Part shown: one piece after another, positions 13,181 through 30,489 of the stretch | Layout of the letters: the number at the start of each line of letters is the position of its first letter | Position numbering within the stretch: position 1 is the stretch's first letter | Assembly: GCF_009914755.1 (NCBI RefSeq) | Contig: NC_060947.1 | DNA: 64,000 nucleotides | Direction: 5' to 3' (one strand) | Source: the human T2T-CHM13v2.0 reference genome, Homo sapiens | Made by a program: the position numbers and the translations under genes | Notes under the pieces: model-generated | What the model saw: only the letters and a program-made list of their open reading frames with translations | The model's database searches: none | What the model was told of the DNA's origin: nothing

Positions 13181-14291
13181 GTAGCCTTATGGTTAAGGTA
13201 TTATATCTTCCCACACCATACTTAATTGCTTTTTAAATCAGGTTATTGCTGAGGAATAGCCCGGGAAAAATGGGAGTTTTAAACAACTTTTATAATTTTA
13301 ATAGAGAACTGAAATAGTTGAATATTTCTCTTCCTAACCTCTTGCTTAAATAATTTTAAAACAGTTAATTAAATTATGCTTTACAAAGATTATCATTATA
13401 TATCCAAGCTGAAGGGGAAAGTTCAACATTTACAATTGAGTTACAACAGAGGGCTGTATTGAGCAAGACCATTTATAATGTATTAACTATAAGAAATGGA
13501 ACCTGAACTTTAGTAGACAACCATACTCCTCACAGCTCAAGACCTAGTAATATGTTGTAAAAAAGTCTGAGAACTATATTGCCCATGACTTTGGATCAGC
13601 AATCATACAATAAATATGTTTAAAATTTTTGTTATTAATTTAAATCTTAATGTAGTCATCAAAACTACTGTCAGGTAATGCCTTTTTGCCTCTAGTGCAT
13701 GTAAAACTATCGGTTTATGAGAGAATTTCAATGTATGGGCTGACATCTTGGATAGGCTCTACTCTTTTTTACAATCCTCTCAGAAAACAGTCTATATTTC
13801 ATCCTACCTCTGTCTCTCCATTTCTATAAAATGGAGGAATTTTTCTCTCAAAATCACAGTAAGCATTAAATAAGGTGAAATGTATTTTAAATGCCCTATA
13901 AATTAAAAATATCCTGGTCATCTTATTATCTTGTAACTATTTAACTTATGTTTTAAGTAGCACAGATTTATAGAGAGCATATCACCAATGAAGTATTACT
14001 GTGCAAGTGAATTTTAGATGAAGTACAGATACATTTTTTAAGAAAAATATACAGATTATTTACATTTGAGCTATAACACCATTATGCCTTATGTTCAAAT
14101 TATTAGAAAATTATAGGCCAAAAATACTGTTGAAATTAAAATGCATTCTATATACTCTATGGTTAAACAACTCACAACCAATTAAATCAACGTGAAGAAA
14201 CCAATAATAATTATTAAAAGCTAGAGTAGGAGCAACAAAAAGCAACAACCAACTCAATGCACACTTATAATACAAGATTTTCTCTCTTTTA

Positions 14292-14658
<367 letters not shown>

Positions 14659-16229
14659 TTACTTTGCTCAATGAGACCTACAGATACACAGCCCAACTGA
14701 AATCTTAAGAATCAACACTGGTTATTCTTATTAATAAAAACTGTTCTATAAGACAGTGATAGAATCTGTTTCGTTTTGGCTTCTAATTGGAGAAACACCA
14801 TACTGAGTCATGGGCCATGTTCTGGATTCTGACAGTGGCATCACTGGATTGTTTTAGAGGAGAACACGGTCCTTTTCCTCTATGAATATGCTCTTGAATG
14901 TTAAGAATATTTAGTAAAACACACAAACACACACACACATTTGCAGGGTGGGAGTTACTGTATTATTTTGCAGAGTGTATTGTATTTGCTATCATCTACT
15001 TCTCTAATGGACTAAAAAGGTAGCAAATATGAAAATAAGAAAACCACAAAGAAGCCCCATTTTTCTACATTCTGGCATTCTTCAGTTAGATTCAGCAGTG
15101 GCTAAAAGATAACACAGTGGAGGAGGGGGAAACCTTGGATTACCACAGCATCATTTATACTGATATTTCCAAAGGTCATAAGAATTTAGGACCAGGCTCG
15201 CTTCCCACCCTTAGTTCACTCCAACATGGCCATTGCTTCCATGATGACATGATTTCCCAATAATCCTTTACAGGGCTAGAGAGGAATAAACAGCAGAATT
15301 TCCAAAGGCCTATGTTATTACTTTGCTTTCCCCAGGTGGGATCCTTGTTGCTGTCCCTCAACTGTGACTGAGAGCCACTACACAGCAGATGGTTAAGAAA
15401 AGAGGACTAAAGTTTAAATTAACAACCATCACCAACCAACATTAAGCCTCCCTTTGAAACAACAGGAACTGTGAAATCTGAGTCTACATTTCTGTTGAAG
15501 GGCAACAAAGCAGGGCCTTCTATGGGAGACAGCATTTACTGTCTTTTTAACATAAATACATCAAGCTAGAATACATCAAGAAGAAGATAATAGTGCATCA
15601 CTAATTCAGTAATTGTCACAGGACTCTTTCCTTCTCCTCAATTAAACAGTTAACAGGGAGCTGGGATTCACACAAAAAAAGAAATTCGCTCCTCCTCCCC
15701 TCTTTTCCAATTTGATTTATGCATAGCCCCTGGAGACACAAATTAATGTCTTCATAGACCAAAAGCCCCAGCTGTTTTGAAAAATCTATGACAAAGCTTA
15801 ACTAAGGTTCACACATGCAAACATAAAGCCCCCATAATTACTAAGTTGGGTATTACAAAGCTGGCTCCTCAACCAAGGGTCTAAAGCCAGCCGTAATGCC
15901 GTGCTCACCCCAGCCAGGCTGGCCTTAATACACCTATAGTGCTAATTTAGTACTGCCTGAGGCATTGTGGATTCTGGGTAGATAGACACTTTAAGCAAAG
16001 CTGAGGAAAAGATATAGAACTATAGGGACTTAAAACCACAATTCATCATTTATTAATATCAGACAGAAGCACTGAAAATATGCAAGACTTCATTTCTTAT
16101 GTAGCTGATTCCTTTGGCTTATTTATTCTTTTTATGATAAGAAATCAGAAAATGAGATGATTAATTCAAAGAAAATACCAAAAGAAACTCTTAATGCCCT
16201 ATCCATCCTTAAACGAACCAAAGGCACCC

Positions 16230-17785
16230 CACTCAGCTACTCTACCCCCTTGGAAGAATGTGGCCTGCATTTGCTCTTCCACTTCCTCTCCTCTCATCCA
16301 CTCCTTAATCAATGCATTCTGAATTCTGTCCACAGTATTTTACAACAACCCTTTCAAAGGTCACTGAGACTCTTTGTTGCTAAAGCCAATGATCACTTTT
16401 CAGTCCTTATCTTATTCGTTCTCTCTGCAGCACTAAACTCTGCTAATTATTCCTACTTTCTTGAAACTCTCTCTTCCCTTGCCTTCTGTGATACCCCCTA
16501 ACTCTTGGGTTTATCTTTCTCAGTTTTTTTTCATGAACTTCTCCTTTACCCATTTCTTAAGTGCCAGTGTTTTCTAGCATTCCATCTTTATGCCTCATTT
16601 ATTCTTTCTCTAAAATCAGGGACTCTTAATCTGTACATCATGAGAGTTCATGGATACACCTCAAGAGGTCTGTGGACCTTCCTAAAATTGTATGCAGAAT
16701 AGCAGAATAGTGTACGTAAATTTTATGGGGGAGAGGGTCTATAGTTTTCAGATTTCTAAAGGAGTTTTAGGCAAAGTCAAGTCTAAGGGCAACTAATCCT
16801 CAGATTAGCTCTAGGTGGCCCCGCAACTTCAAATCATATCACTATATATGCTGATAACTTTCAAATCTATATTTCTAATCCAGATTTTTCTCAGTGTGGG
16901 CATCCCATAAATACGTTTACTCAACAATCCTGATCTTCCTCTCGTGTTCTCCAAGTCAGTAAATGGCTCACACCCCACCTAGCTGCCCAAGCCAGAAACC
17001 TGGGAGTTATCCATATTCTTCCCTCTCTCCCATTCTCCATATCCAGTAACCGAGCCCTACGGACTCTACCTCCTATCTCACATGTGAACCTTCTCTCAAT
17101 AACAAACATAATAATCTCAGTCCAGGAAGATTATTGCAATAACTGCCTCACATGTCTTCCTGCCTCCAACCAACTCTCTAGTTGCAGACAGAGTAATCCT
17201 TCCAAAAGACAAATATGATCATGTCACTCACTGACCTAAAAACTTTCCGGTGACTTCTTTATTGTTCATAGACTGCAGAACTTCAAACTTCCTGGCATGG
17301 TAAATAAGGTCCTTTATGACTTGGTTCCTGCATATCTCTACAGTCTCGTCCATACTCTATTGCTCAACAACCCCTTTAACCTCACCCCCACCCTGGCCCA
17401 ATCCTTGACTACTTTATAATCTCTAGTCATACAAAACTATTTTTCAGTTCTAGCCTCAGGGATTTCATACACTTTAACATCACATCAGCCTGGAATACTT
17501 GTACCACCTTGGCCTGGGCAACTTCTGCCAGAAAGCTATCTCTAGCCACCTAAAAGAGAGTTAGGGGGTACCTCATATATGCTCCGATAGCATCCTACAT
17601 GTGTAATCACATATCCTTCTGTATGTGATTCTCTATTTCTCTGCTTCTCTATTTCCCACTAGAGTTTGATGAATAAACTATAAGTTCCTTGAGGTCAGGG
17701 ACCATTTGGTGTCCGTGGCACTTAGCACAGTGTCTGGTACATCATAGTTGGTTAATAAATATATGTTGATAAACTGAATGAATTA
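16230..17785 (+). mobile_element. L2 LINE with an embedded hAT-like MITE (~16617-16800)
   Basis: Typical L2 body (ttctctctgcagca...cttgaaactctctcttcccttg; gctgcccaagccagaaacctgggagttatcc) and 3' terminus at ~17720-17785. Confidence 0.7.
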
Positions 17786-19209
17786 ATGGGAAGAAAAAAT
17801 TTTCAGAATTTTGACCCAGTACTGTTAATCCCCACAATCTTTGCCTTCAGCCTGGCATAGGAAACAAAACAGTGGACTCCAGAGAGGTCAGCTGCCTTAG
17901 ACATTAACTCTATGAGCCTCACTTTCCACACTGTACAACTAAGAAAAAGTTCTGTATAATCTCTTATGGCTTGGCAATTCTGTAATTTGCTGCTTCCTTA
18001 ACATATCTATTTCTCATCTCCCAAACCTCACTTAGTCCCTCCACCCGCTTCCCTACTCCCCCCTTGCCTGTCATCCAGATGGCACTGTGATGATCTGGTT
18101 GAGGCATTTGGAGACTGGTTGGGTAAAGGCCACTATATTTTGTGCATGTATCGTGTTCATGAGAGAGAGAAAGGGAAAGAGAAAGAGAAGGAGGAAGGGA
18201 GGGAAGAAAGAGAGATTGAGGCAATCATCTTTCCCTTCCCATTTCTATCCTTCGTAAAGAATACAGTTGGTCTTAGAGGTCCAATTTCAAAATGTTCATG
18301 ATGTTAAATCGTTACACGATAAAAAATTCCTAAAATTGTTTAAGATCACTCAGAACAGAAAAAAAAGTAAGATAAAAGTTAAGGATAACCAAGTAGACAC
18401 AAATTATCTTGAAAAAGCTGAATCGCAGTAACTTGACACAGTTTTTTGGAATAAGGCTTACTAAACATTGAAAAGGAAGGGAGATATGTTATTTGAAAGG
18501 AAATACAGCCTGAACTTCCCTGGTCAAGAGAGGTGGAGGAATCGTGGCTCCAGAAGCATCTGAAGTTACTGCAAAGCTATGGAAACATGTAACAATAATA
18601 ACCAGCACTAAGAATATAATAATGCAAGGACCAATTGTCTGCTGGTCCCTGGGGGAGGAACCAGATGGCATAAAAGACCAATTCTCATCTCTTAATTTCT
18701 TTGATTGATAAGAAGGATACGCTTCCATTTAGTTCTCATAAACAGTGACCCCTTTTCTCCTCTGTGGACAAAGTTGATGCACTATCACTTTTGCTTCCAG
18801 ATATTAAACTCATATTTAATGATATGTGTGCTTGGTAATGCATATGTCCAAAAACTTTCACTGACAAAAATGGCCCTGCATGCATCTATTTGTCTTTCAG
18901 TTGCTGCACACAAATGCAGCAGGGAAGTGGGGAATTTAAATGCACAGCAGGCAGCCAATGTATTTTTCCATAAACTAGTCTACATATCATGGTAAGAGTA
19001 GAAGCAAAGAAAGCCTCAGATGCATTCTTTCCCATAAAGAGGCAAATGAAGCCAAAGGACAGGGTAGTAAGAAAGAAAATCAAAGGCTAAAATGAGATTA
19101 CTAGTACATACCCTTTTAAAAACAAATCAGAAGAACCATTATCCTTGCCAACATTGAAGATGGGTTAAGCTCTTTCAGTGCAAAGAAGAGTGTATTCTTC
19201 CTATTGTAA

Positions 19210-19563
<354 letters not shown>

Positions 19564-20024
19564 TAGATGTCATTTCACTTCAGAAGTGGTTATGCTTCGG
19601 TAATGGATAGAGTTAGTATATCATGTAAAAGGTTAAGAAGCAAAACAAGAATATTTAAAATAAGTAGTAATGTACAGAAAAAAAGAAAACTTTCACAACG
19701 TGCATTGTGCTTGCTGGTCTTGAATATCATAAAACTTTGATAGAAAAACACATATATTTGTAGGGCTCCTATACAAATTCCTGCTATATCTCACTTATAA
19801 ATACACAAATATATCATTATATTTTCATATAGTATAACATATGATAGCCAGGCAGAGATCAGGGGTCAGGAAAGCTCACCTGAGTCACTAGACTAATGAA
19901 GTAGGAAGAAACCACAAGAGACTACGGAAGATCAGGTTGAGAAATCAGGGTCTAACAAAGGGGTCAGTCTTTGAAATTAAAAACTTTATATGGGAATACA
20001 GACTATAGGTGTGCCCTACTTTAA

Positions 20025-20516
<492 letters not shown>

Positions 20517-21785
20517 TGAGGTATCCATGTACCATCAACCTTCATGTGGACTTGCTTTTGATTTTTCTTTTATAAATCTGAATTTTAGCATACTGTCTCC
20601 TTAAAAGTTAGAATGCCTGTACTGTGGGAAATAGGCAGAGAGAAAAAATCCATACTTCATAAGCAGAAAGCTGAAACTATGTCCAACCAGTCCCTATTGA
20701 GGAAGTAGAGTTTTTCCCACAAAAGTGAATGGGGAAACATTCTTGAAACATCTTAAAGCCCTAAGGCCAAATTCAGGAGGCTGTAATAAATGAGAAGTAG
20801 GAAGTCCCCAGAAATCTCCTGAAAAGGTTGAATTGTATTATTTATATTTGTAACGAAATGTGTTTTCACGTTTGTGTTAAAGATGAATCTCTGGGGTGAG
20901 TTCAGCCTGAGGTAAGCATTGAGGTCTAGTTTAATGGAGGATGAAGTGTTTTTTTTTTTTACACTATATTTAAGCATTGGTCAGATATACTTAAGACCTA
21001 TGAATAAATAAATATAAATAGGATTGCTTTAAGGAACTCCTGAGACTGTCTGTGGTTGTCTATTCATATTAATATATAAGCATAATTTCTAGTTGTGCTA
21101 CTAGTGGCATCCATCTGTACATTATATTTCTAGAAAAATGTTACAAGTTTGTAAAAATATATTATTCTACTGCATAGAGCACCTAGTTATTAATTTCACT
21201 TGTGATTGATGTTGCCTTGAATCCAATTATAAAAAACAATTAAGCTGCTATATTAGCAGAGTGGTATCTATTAGGTGACCTCTAAGGAAAAAAGGCCAGA
21301 TGACAAAGGATCCATAGAAAAATCAGGACTAAAACCTAGACAGTTGTCTATTCTTCTGCCTAACCCAGACACATATCATAAAGAAGAATCTATGTACATC
21401 AACAGTATAAAACTTTCACTCAGTAACAGAACAAATTTAAACCAGCTGTTGTGAAACTAATATCTGCACTCCTACGGTGAATGATTAAAGTCAATAAATG
21501 TTTGTTGACTGACCATGATACAAACTATTGTTGTACATTATATAATGTTCAATGATTCTATTGTGTTAAAGATAAAAGTCACTCTAAGTATGTAAATCCT
21601 AGTTCCAGTATTATTCTAGGCTAGGAGATCAGCTTTCAGTCTAATAACTTCAGACAAGTTTTAGTTACAGTCTCATGACCACAAATTATCTAATAACCCC
21701 AGTTTCAAAGCTCTCTAAAAATAGCCTGGTCATCTACTATCTGGAAAATGATGAAACTGGTCTTGGTTTCTCCAAACCTCTAGGG

Positions 21786-21883
21786 TTTTTTTGTTGTTGT
21801 TTTTGTTTTTGTTTTTGTTTTGAGATGGAGTCTCGCTCTGTCGCCCAGGCTGGAGTGCAGTGGCGCGATCTCGGCTCACTGCA
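21786..21883 (-). mobile_element. 5'-truncated Alu (~63 bp plus tail)
   Basis: Alu right-arm end with CpGs intact; TSD caaacc(t/c)ctagg at 21773 and 21884. Confidence 0.93.
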
Positions 21884-22506
21884 CAAACCCCTAGGTTTTA
21901 AAAATAACTGTACAATAAATATGATTACATATAGTTAGAAGATCTTATGCATATAAAGAGCCATCGTTCAATTTATCAATGTCATTAAATAAAGATGAAC
22001 ACCTGAAAAGATTGAATTACAGATTCTCAGTACATAATGCCAAAATCTACACCACAATAAATACACTACTCAAGAAAAAGTCATCTATGAGGGAAAAAAA
22101 AAGCAGAGAGTAAAAGAAAACTGTGCAAGTACCCTTAAATCAAATATTGTAAATCTAGCATGAACTTTTAAAAAGTGGAGGTCCTATTTTTTTACCAAAT
22201 GGAGAATGGATTTCTACCTTTGAGTTCTAAACTCTCTTTGTAATACTTTTCTCTATTAATAAGGTGCTAATAAGACAGAAGTAAAATCAACCCAAAGCAA
22301 AAATAAACCAGAAAAACAAACAAAATCTAATTCTATCTGGCCACAAAGCCAATTTTCTCCCTCCCATTGCACTGGCAACAGCAGTAGCAGCAGTGGCTGA
22401 TGGCAGCAGACCCTTCCTAAAGCAATCTTATATTTGCACCAGAGAGAACATTCTGGCCAAATTGGTCCTAGAAGATGTGTCTGCAAGATGTAAAAAACTG
22501 CAATCC

Positions 22507-22606
22507 CAGTGAACCAAGATTGTGCCACTGTACTCCAGCCTGGGCGACAGAGTGAGACTGTCAAAAACAAAACAAAGCAAAACAAAACAAACAAAAAAAA
22601 ACCAAA
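22507..22606 (+). mobile_element. 5'-truncated Alu (~55 bp plus tail)
   Basis: cagtgaaccaagattgtgccactgtactccagcctgggcgacagag; perfect 15-bp TSD aaaaaactgcaatcc at 22492 and 22607. Confidence 0.93.
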
Positions 22607-23414
22607 AAAAAACTGCAATCCTAAATGATCTCTCCTTGAGGAAAGATGAAAATCTTTGTCAGTAATATTAGGTAACCTGGGCTGGAGAAGATGTCCAACT
22701 GCAAAACAGTGAGTAGGCAACAGGTGAGGAAAAGGAAAAGGAAACCAACTAAGCCCAAAGAAACCATAGCAAGAAGCTGAAAGCACTAGTTAAAATGAAA
22801 CTCGCATCTGTAGAGAAGCAGTGAGAAGGATAAATCAACTAATGGCTCAATTATACTTTTAAAGCCATCAGTCAAACAAACAAAAAACCCAACTGAACTT
22901 TTAAAACCATTTTTAGTACAACTTATATTTCACAGTTATTTATTTTCTTAATCTTAACAATAAACAACTGTTGTTACATAATTAAAGATACAAGGTAAAG
23001 GGATTTAAGTGGCAGCTTAAGCTAGCTAGTTAAGTTAGTTAAGCTGTAAGTTAGAACTACCTATATATGTTCCAGTTTTCACACTCAGTCCATCCCAAGG
23101 ACTGTAGTCAGAGACTAAAGACAAGAAAGATGTTTGAAGGGATGGTGGGGTGGAGGGGAGACTATGAGAATAGAATAAAAGGATTAGAGTGCTTTAATCT
23201 GGAAAGATAAACAATCAATCAAGAATAACCACCACCATACAACCATCACCATTAAGCACCTACTGTGTGACAGTCACTTTGCTAAGTGCCGAGATATTGA
23301 ATTATGTCCAAGAAGAGAAGAAGTGTTGTCAAAGTGGATTTTAACATTCTTTCTTTCAGTTATGCTCTCTGTGTCAAGCATTGGGCTGGTCATGGAACAG
23401 TTGTGAAGCAGGAA

Positions 23415-23840
23415 ACAGCAGAATGTCGTGGAAAGAACCCCAGATTGGAAATTAGAAGATTTAGGTTTTAGTTCTAAGAGCATTATTAACTATATGTATG
23501 ACCTTGAACAAATCACTCAACCTTTTTAGGCCTATCTTATGATAGAGATGTTGGACCTGTCAGCGGATTCCAACTTTTTTTTAGCAGCCAACCCTTTATT
23601 CAAAAGACAACTTACAGGAATATCCTACACATAAAAGAGCTGAAAGTAGAAATCTTATGCTTGAAGCACAGGGAAGGTCATAACAGGCTCATAAGCCTTC
23701 TCCTGGGCCTCTCCTTCTCCCTGAACCAGTCTTACATGCATCTATACAGATGCCTTCATGGATCCTGTGAACACAGTTTGAAAATCTATGGGCTAAATCA
23801 TCTTTAACAATTCCCTCTAGATCTAATATCCTATGACTGT
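23415..23840 (+). mobile_element. MIR3 split by a probable hAT MITE (~23560-23790)
   Basis: MIR head and core up to gatgttggacc, resuming at aatcatctttaacaattccctctag; insert starts cagcggattccaac and ends cacagtttgaaaatctatg. Confidence 0.45.
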
Positions 23841-25083
23841 GAAATTTTCCTCACCTACATCTTCAATAGCCTTTATTCAATTCAGTCCAACATGTTGAAT
23901 ATCTAGAATCATAGAAAGCACATGACAGGATTTCTACCATAGAAGAGCTCACCATCTTTTTGGGGAAAACAAAATAAATAAAATGGGAATGCACTTGAGG
24001 GGAAGGGGGGCTTTAAGCAGCAGGACACCATCAAGGGCCCATTGGAATAGAAAGTCCACTTCTGTATCTTTTTTATGAGTGTATCATCAGTGCCTGGGGC
24101 AACAGACATTCAAATAAACATTGAATAAATAAATAATGAATTTATGGATGGATGGGTGAAGTTATTATTAATCATGTTCACTGAAATTCAGCAAAAAGGT
24201 ATAAAGTACTTTCCATATTTTATAGAATTTTTTTCTTATATGTACAGGGTTATAAGAAAAGCCATCAAATTTCTCCATTATTCATTCTATTATTTACTAC
24301 CCACAATTACAAATGGTGATATTAGAATAAAAACAAAGCAAAAAAGTACACCCATTAAGTTAGCATCCTCCTTGAATCAGCAGAACAAATAAAGGCAAAA
24401 TTCTACTCAACCATATGAAATAAAATTTTGTGGGAGCAAATCATCAGACTGAATTTTGCTTTGCCAGGAAATTTTTCTTTCAACGAACACGTTTTATATG
24501 TTTACATTCACATGCTGCAAGTAAGGAAGTCTCCAAAGTAGGTAAATCAAGTTAAAAACAAAGGCTATTTTCTCTGCCCCCTATTCCACTACTAGTGGGA
24601 AGAGAGCAGGGAGATCAAGAAGGCAGCAGCTGCTTTCCTTTTTCCCCCCAAACTTAAATTCCATCCAATAAGATATGTTTTGTCTTTTTGCACTCAAAGT
24701 CAGCCAGCAGGCACTTAAGTGAAATTAAGAACAACTGCACCAATGGCAGATAATTTGATGGAGAGCTTATTGGAGACAGCTCATTTGAGTAAAAGCTTTG
24801 CCTGTTCAAGAAACAATATAATTTCTGAAGGAAATCTTTCTGGAAAGGGCCAGGTGGCTCTGTAATTTTATGGCTCAGGTGATATCAGTTATCCAGGACA
24901 AGTGTTGTACATGACTAATATTCTCAAACCAGAATTGTATTTCCCCAGAAAGCTATTACATTTAAAAAGACATTAAGGTGAACTTAAATTCCATTTTTGT
25001 TTTAGCCTAGCCCTAATTTTTATTATGATATACTATATACTATTCCTTTTTTGAATATGCCTTATAAATGGATATATATTTTT

Positions 25084-25207
25084 TGGGTTCAAGTGATTCT
25101 CCTGCCTCAGCCTCCCAAGTAGCTGGGACTACAGGCAGATGTCACCATGCCTGGCTAATTTTTGTATTTTTTGTAGAGATGAGGTTTCACCACGTTGCCC
25201 AGGCTGG
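25084..25207 (-). mobile_element. Internal Alu fragment
   Basis: gggttcaagtgattctcctgcctcagcctccc...aggtttcaccacgttgcccaggctgg; both Alu ends missing. Confidence 0.92.
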
Positions 25208-25221
25208 GATAAATGGATGTA

Positions 25222-25265
25222 TTTTTTTTTTCTTTTTTTTCCTTTTTTTTTTATTATACTTTAAG
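25222..25265 (-). mobile_element. Minimal L1PA 3' stub (poly-A plus ~15 nt)
   Basis: T-tract followed by ttattatactttaag(t), the antisense of the L1PA terminus; 17-bp TSD taaatggatgtattttt. Confidence 0.75.
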
Positions 25266-26044
25266 TAAATGGATGTATTTTTATAAAACAGCTTTCTTTT
25301 TTCAATCTATGGTGCCTGATACCTGAGTTGCTTAGAGAGATATCGAACTAATAGATGAAATGAGAAACATCTTATCCCTTTCTAGTCTTCCTCCAAGATA
25401 CAATGACATCTTAGGGAAAAGGTAGCATCCTTTTCTCTGTTCTAACAAATGTAGACAGCCCAGTCAATGTGTGGCTCCACAGATAGCTACAACAAAAGTC
25501 ATACTGAGGAGGATAATACGGCAGGGTTCTGACCACACAGTATGACATCACTGCTTTCTTCTATTCATTTTAGCTATTCCCCTGTAAAATCTGGATTCAA
25601 TTCAATGTCTTCAGTTTCATTTGGAAGATCTACATTTGGAATCGATCCAGTTAGTCCAGGGGCCACATGAATTTTAATGCACCTGGGGCAGCTGGCCAAA
25701 CTGTCATTTGCTTCTATCATCTAAGCAAAATGTGGAAATTTCTAGTCAAGACTTTTCCAATTTTCAATTTACCACCTTCTCATCAGAGGGCTACAACTGC
25801 TGTTTTCAGAAAGACCTTGCCCCTATCCTAGGACAAGAAATATGACTTAGATGAGAAAAAAAAGAAGAAGCAAAGAAAGAAAACAGAAGTTATTTTCTTC
25901 CTTTCACACATTTTGGCCTAAGTTTGGTGTATATATCTAATCTAATGTTATTGTCTAGTAGCATATGAGTTGGTTAAAATTCTTTACACTAAGTACCCAG
26001 AATTTTCTATTCTTTCTTCTCTCTTCCACCCAAATCTCTTGTGA

Positions 26045-26350
26045 CGTATTTATTCATTCAATTGGCCAAAATATTTATTTAGAGCCTACTATATGCCAAT
26101 GACTTTTCTAGGCAATGGGAATACAAAAGTGAACAAAACACAGCCCATGCACTTATAGAGCTCTGACACTTTCCAAGGAGAGAGACAGTGAACAAATCCA
26201 TAGATACAAAATAGAGAATCATTAGTCATATGAAAAATAAAATATCACATAGTGATAAGTGATATAAAGAAAATAAAGCAGGGCAAACATATCCAGAATG
26301 GTCATAAAGGCCATTCTGAAGAGGTGAAATTTGAGCATGGCTTTAAATGA
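26045..26350 (-). mobile_element. L2 3' fragment
   Basis: atatttatttagagcctactatatgcca...ctaggcaatgggaatacaaaagtgaacaaaacac. Confidence 0.7.
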
Positions 26351-26679
26351 AATGAAGACTTGTCTTGATTTTTCTTTGTATTCAAAGGAAACCCAGGAAG
26401 AGGTCACTAAAATTACTGTGTCCTGAGTTGGAAGTAAAAACAGTCATGGAGTTGAGACATTTGAAAAATACCATCAAGATATTCAAGGATGTCATAATCA
26501 AGCTGAAGATCATCTACTAACGTCAACTAAATGATTGAAGGGATGAAAAATGGCTGAGAAGGGACATAATTGAAATATACCATTTCAATGACCATTATGA
26601 ACATTATGTACGGGAGATCATAATAGGACAACTCCCTATTTAAAGTGGTGAATTACAACAAAAAAAATATATCTGAGTC

Positions 26680-29940
<3,261 letters not shown>

Positions 29941-29943
29941 AGT

Positions 29944-30350
29944 ACAGAATGCCTTATCCACCATGATGGTATTACACGTAGCACCATTTTTGATCAAGAA
30001 AGTCATTTCACAGCAAATGAAGAATGGTAATGAGCCTTTGCTCGTGGAATTCACTAGTCTTGCCATGTTTCCCATCATGCTGAAGAAGCGGGTTTACTAC
30101 AATGGTGGAATGGCTTTTTGAAGATTGAGCTACAGTACCAGGTAGGTGACAATGTCTTCCAGAGGTAATGTCTTTCAGGATGCTCTAAAATAATGTCCAA
30201 CATATGGTGTTATTTCTCCAACAGCCAGGATTCATGGATTCTGTAATAAGTATTAGAGGTAAAAATGGGAGTGGCTTGATTCACTATTACTCCTAGTGAT
30301 TCACAAGCAAATTTTGTGCTTTCTGTCACTATGACCTTAGGCTCTACTGG
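29944..30350 (+). mobile_element. ERV-L internal fragment (integrase core, dead)
   Basis: From 29950 reads CLIHHDGITRSTIFDQESHFTANEEW**AFARGIH*SCHVSHHAEEAGLLQWWNGFLK, resembling the ERV-L integrase core (GIP.SI.SDQG.HFT...HHP.AAG.IERWNGLLK). Confidence 0.8.
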
Positions 30351-30489
30351 TCCAAAAGGAACTAAGTTCTTTTGGAACTTAGTGGTTCCAACGTTGAATA
30401 TATAATTTCAACGTCTATATATATTCTTATATATCTTTTGGAACAAACTAAGGAACTCTTATTTCCAAAAGGAACTAAGGTTACAGTCC

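Noticed and set aside
15144-15275. Further minus-strand exon-like segment (also 55591-55662)
   Set aside because: Good acceptors but weak donors (TG|gtaatc, AG|gtattc); cannot be distinguished from pseudo-exons
23013-23046. Nested short palindromes (cagcttaa...ttaagctg)
   Set aside because: Only an 8-bp stem of low complexity; too short for a miRNA hairpin or MITE
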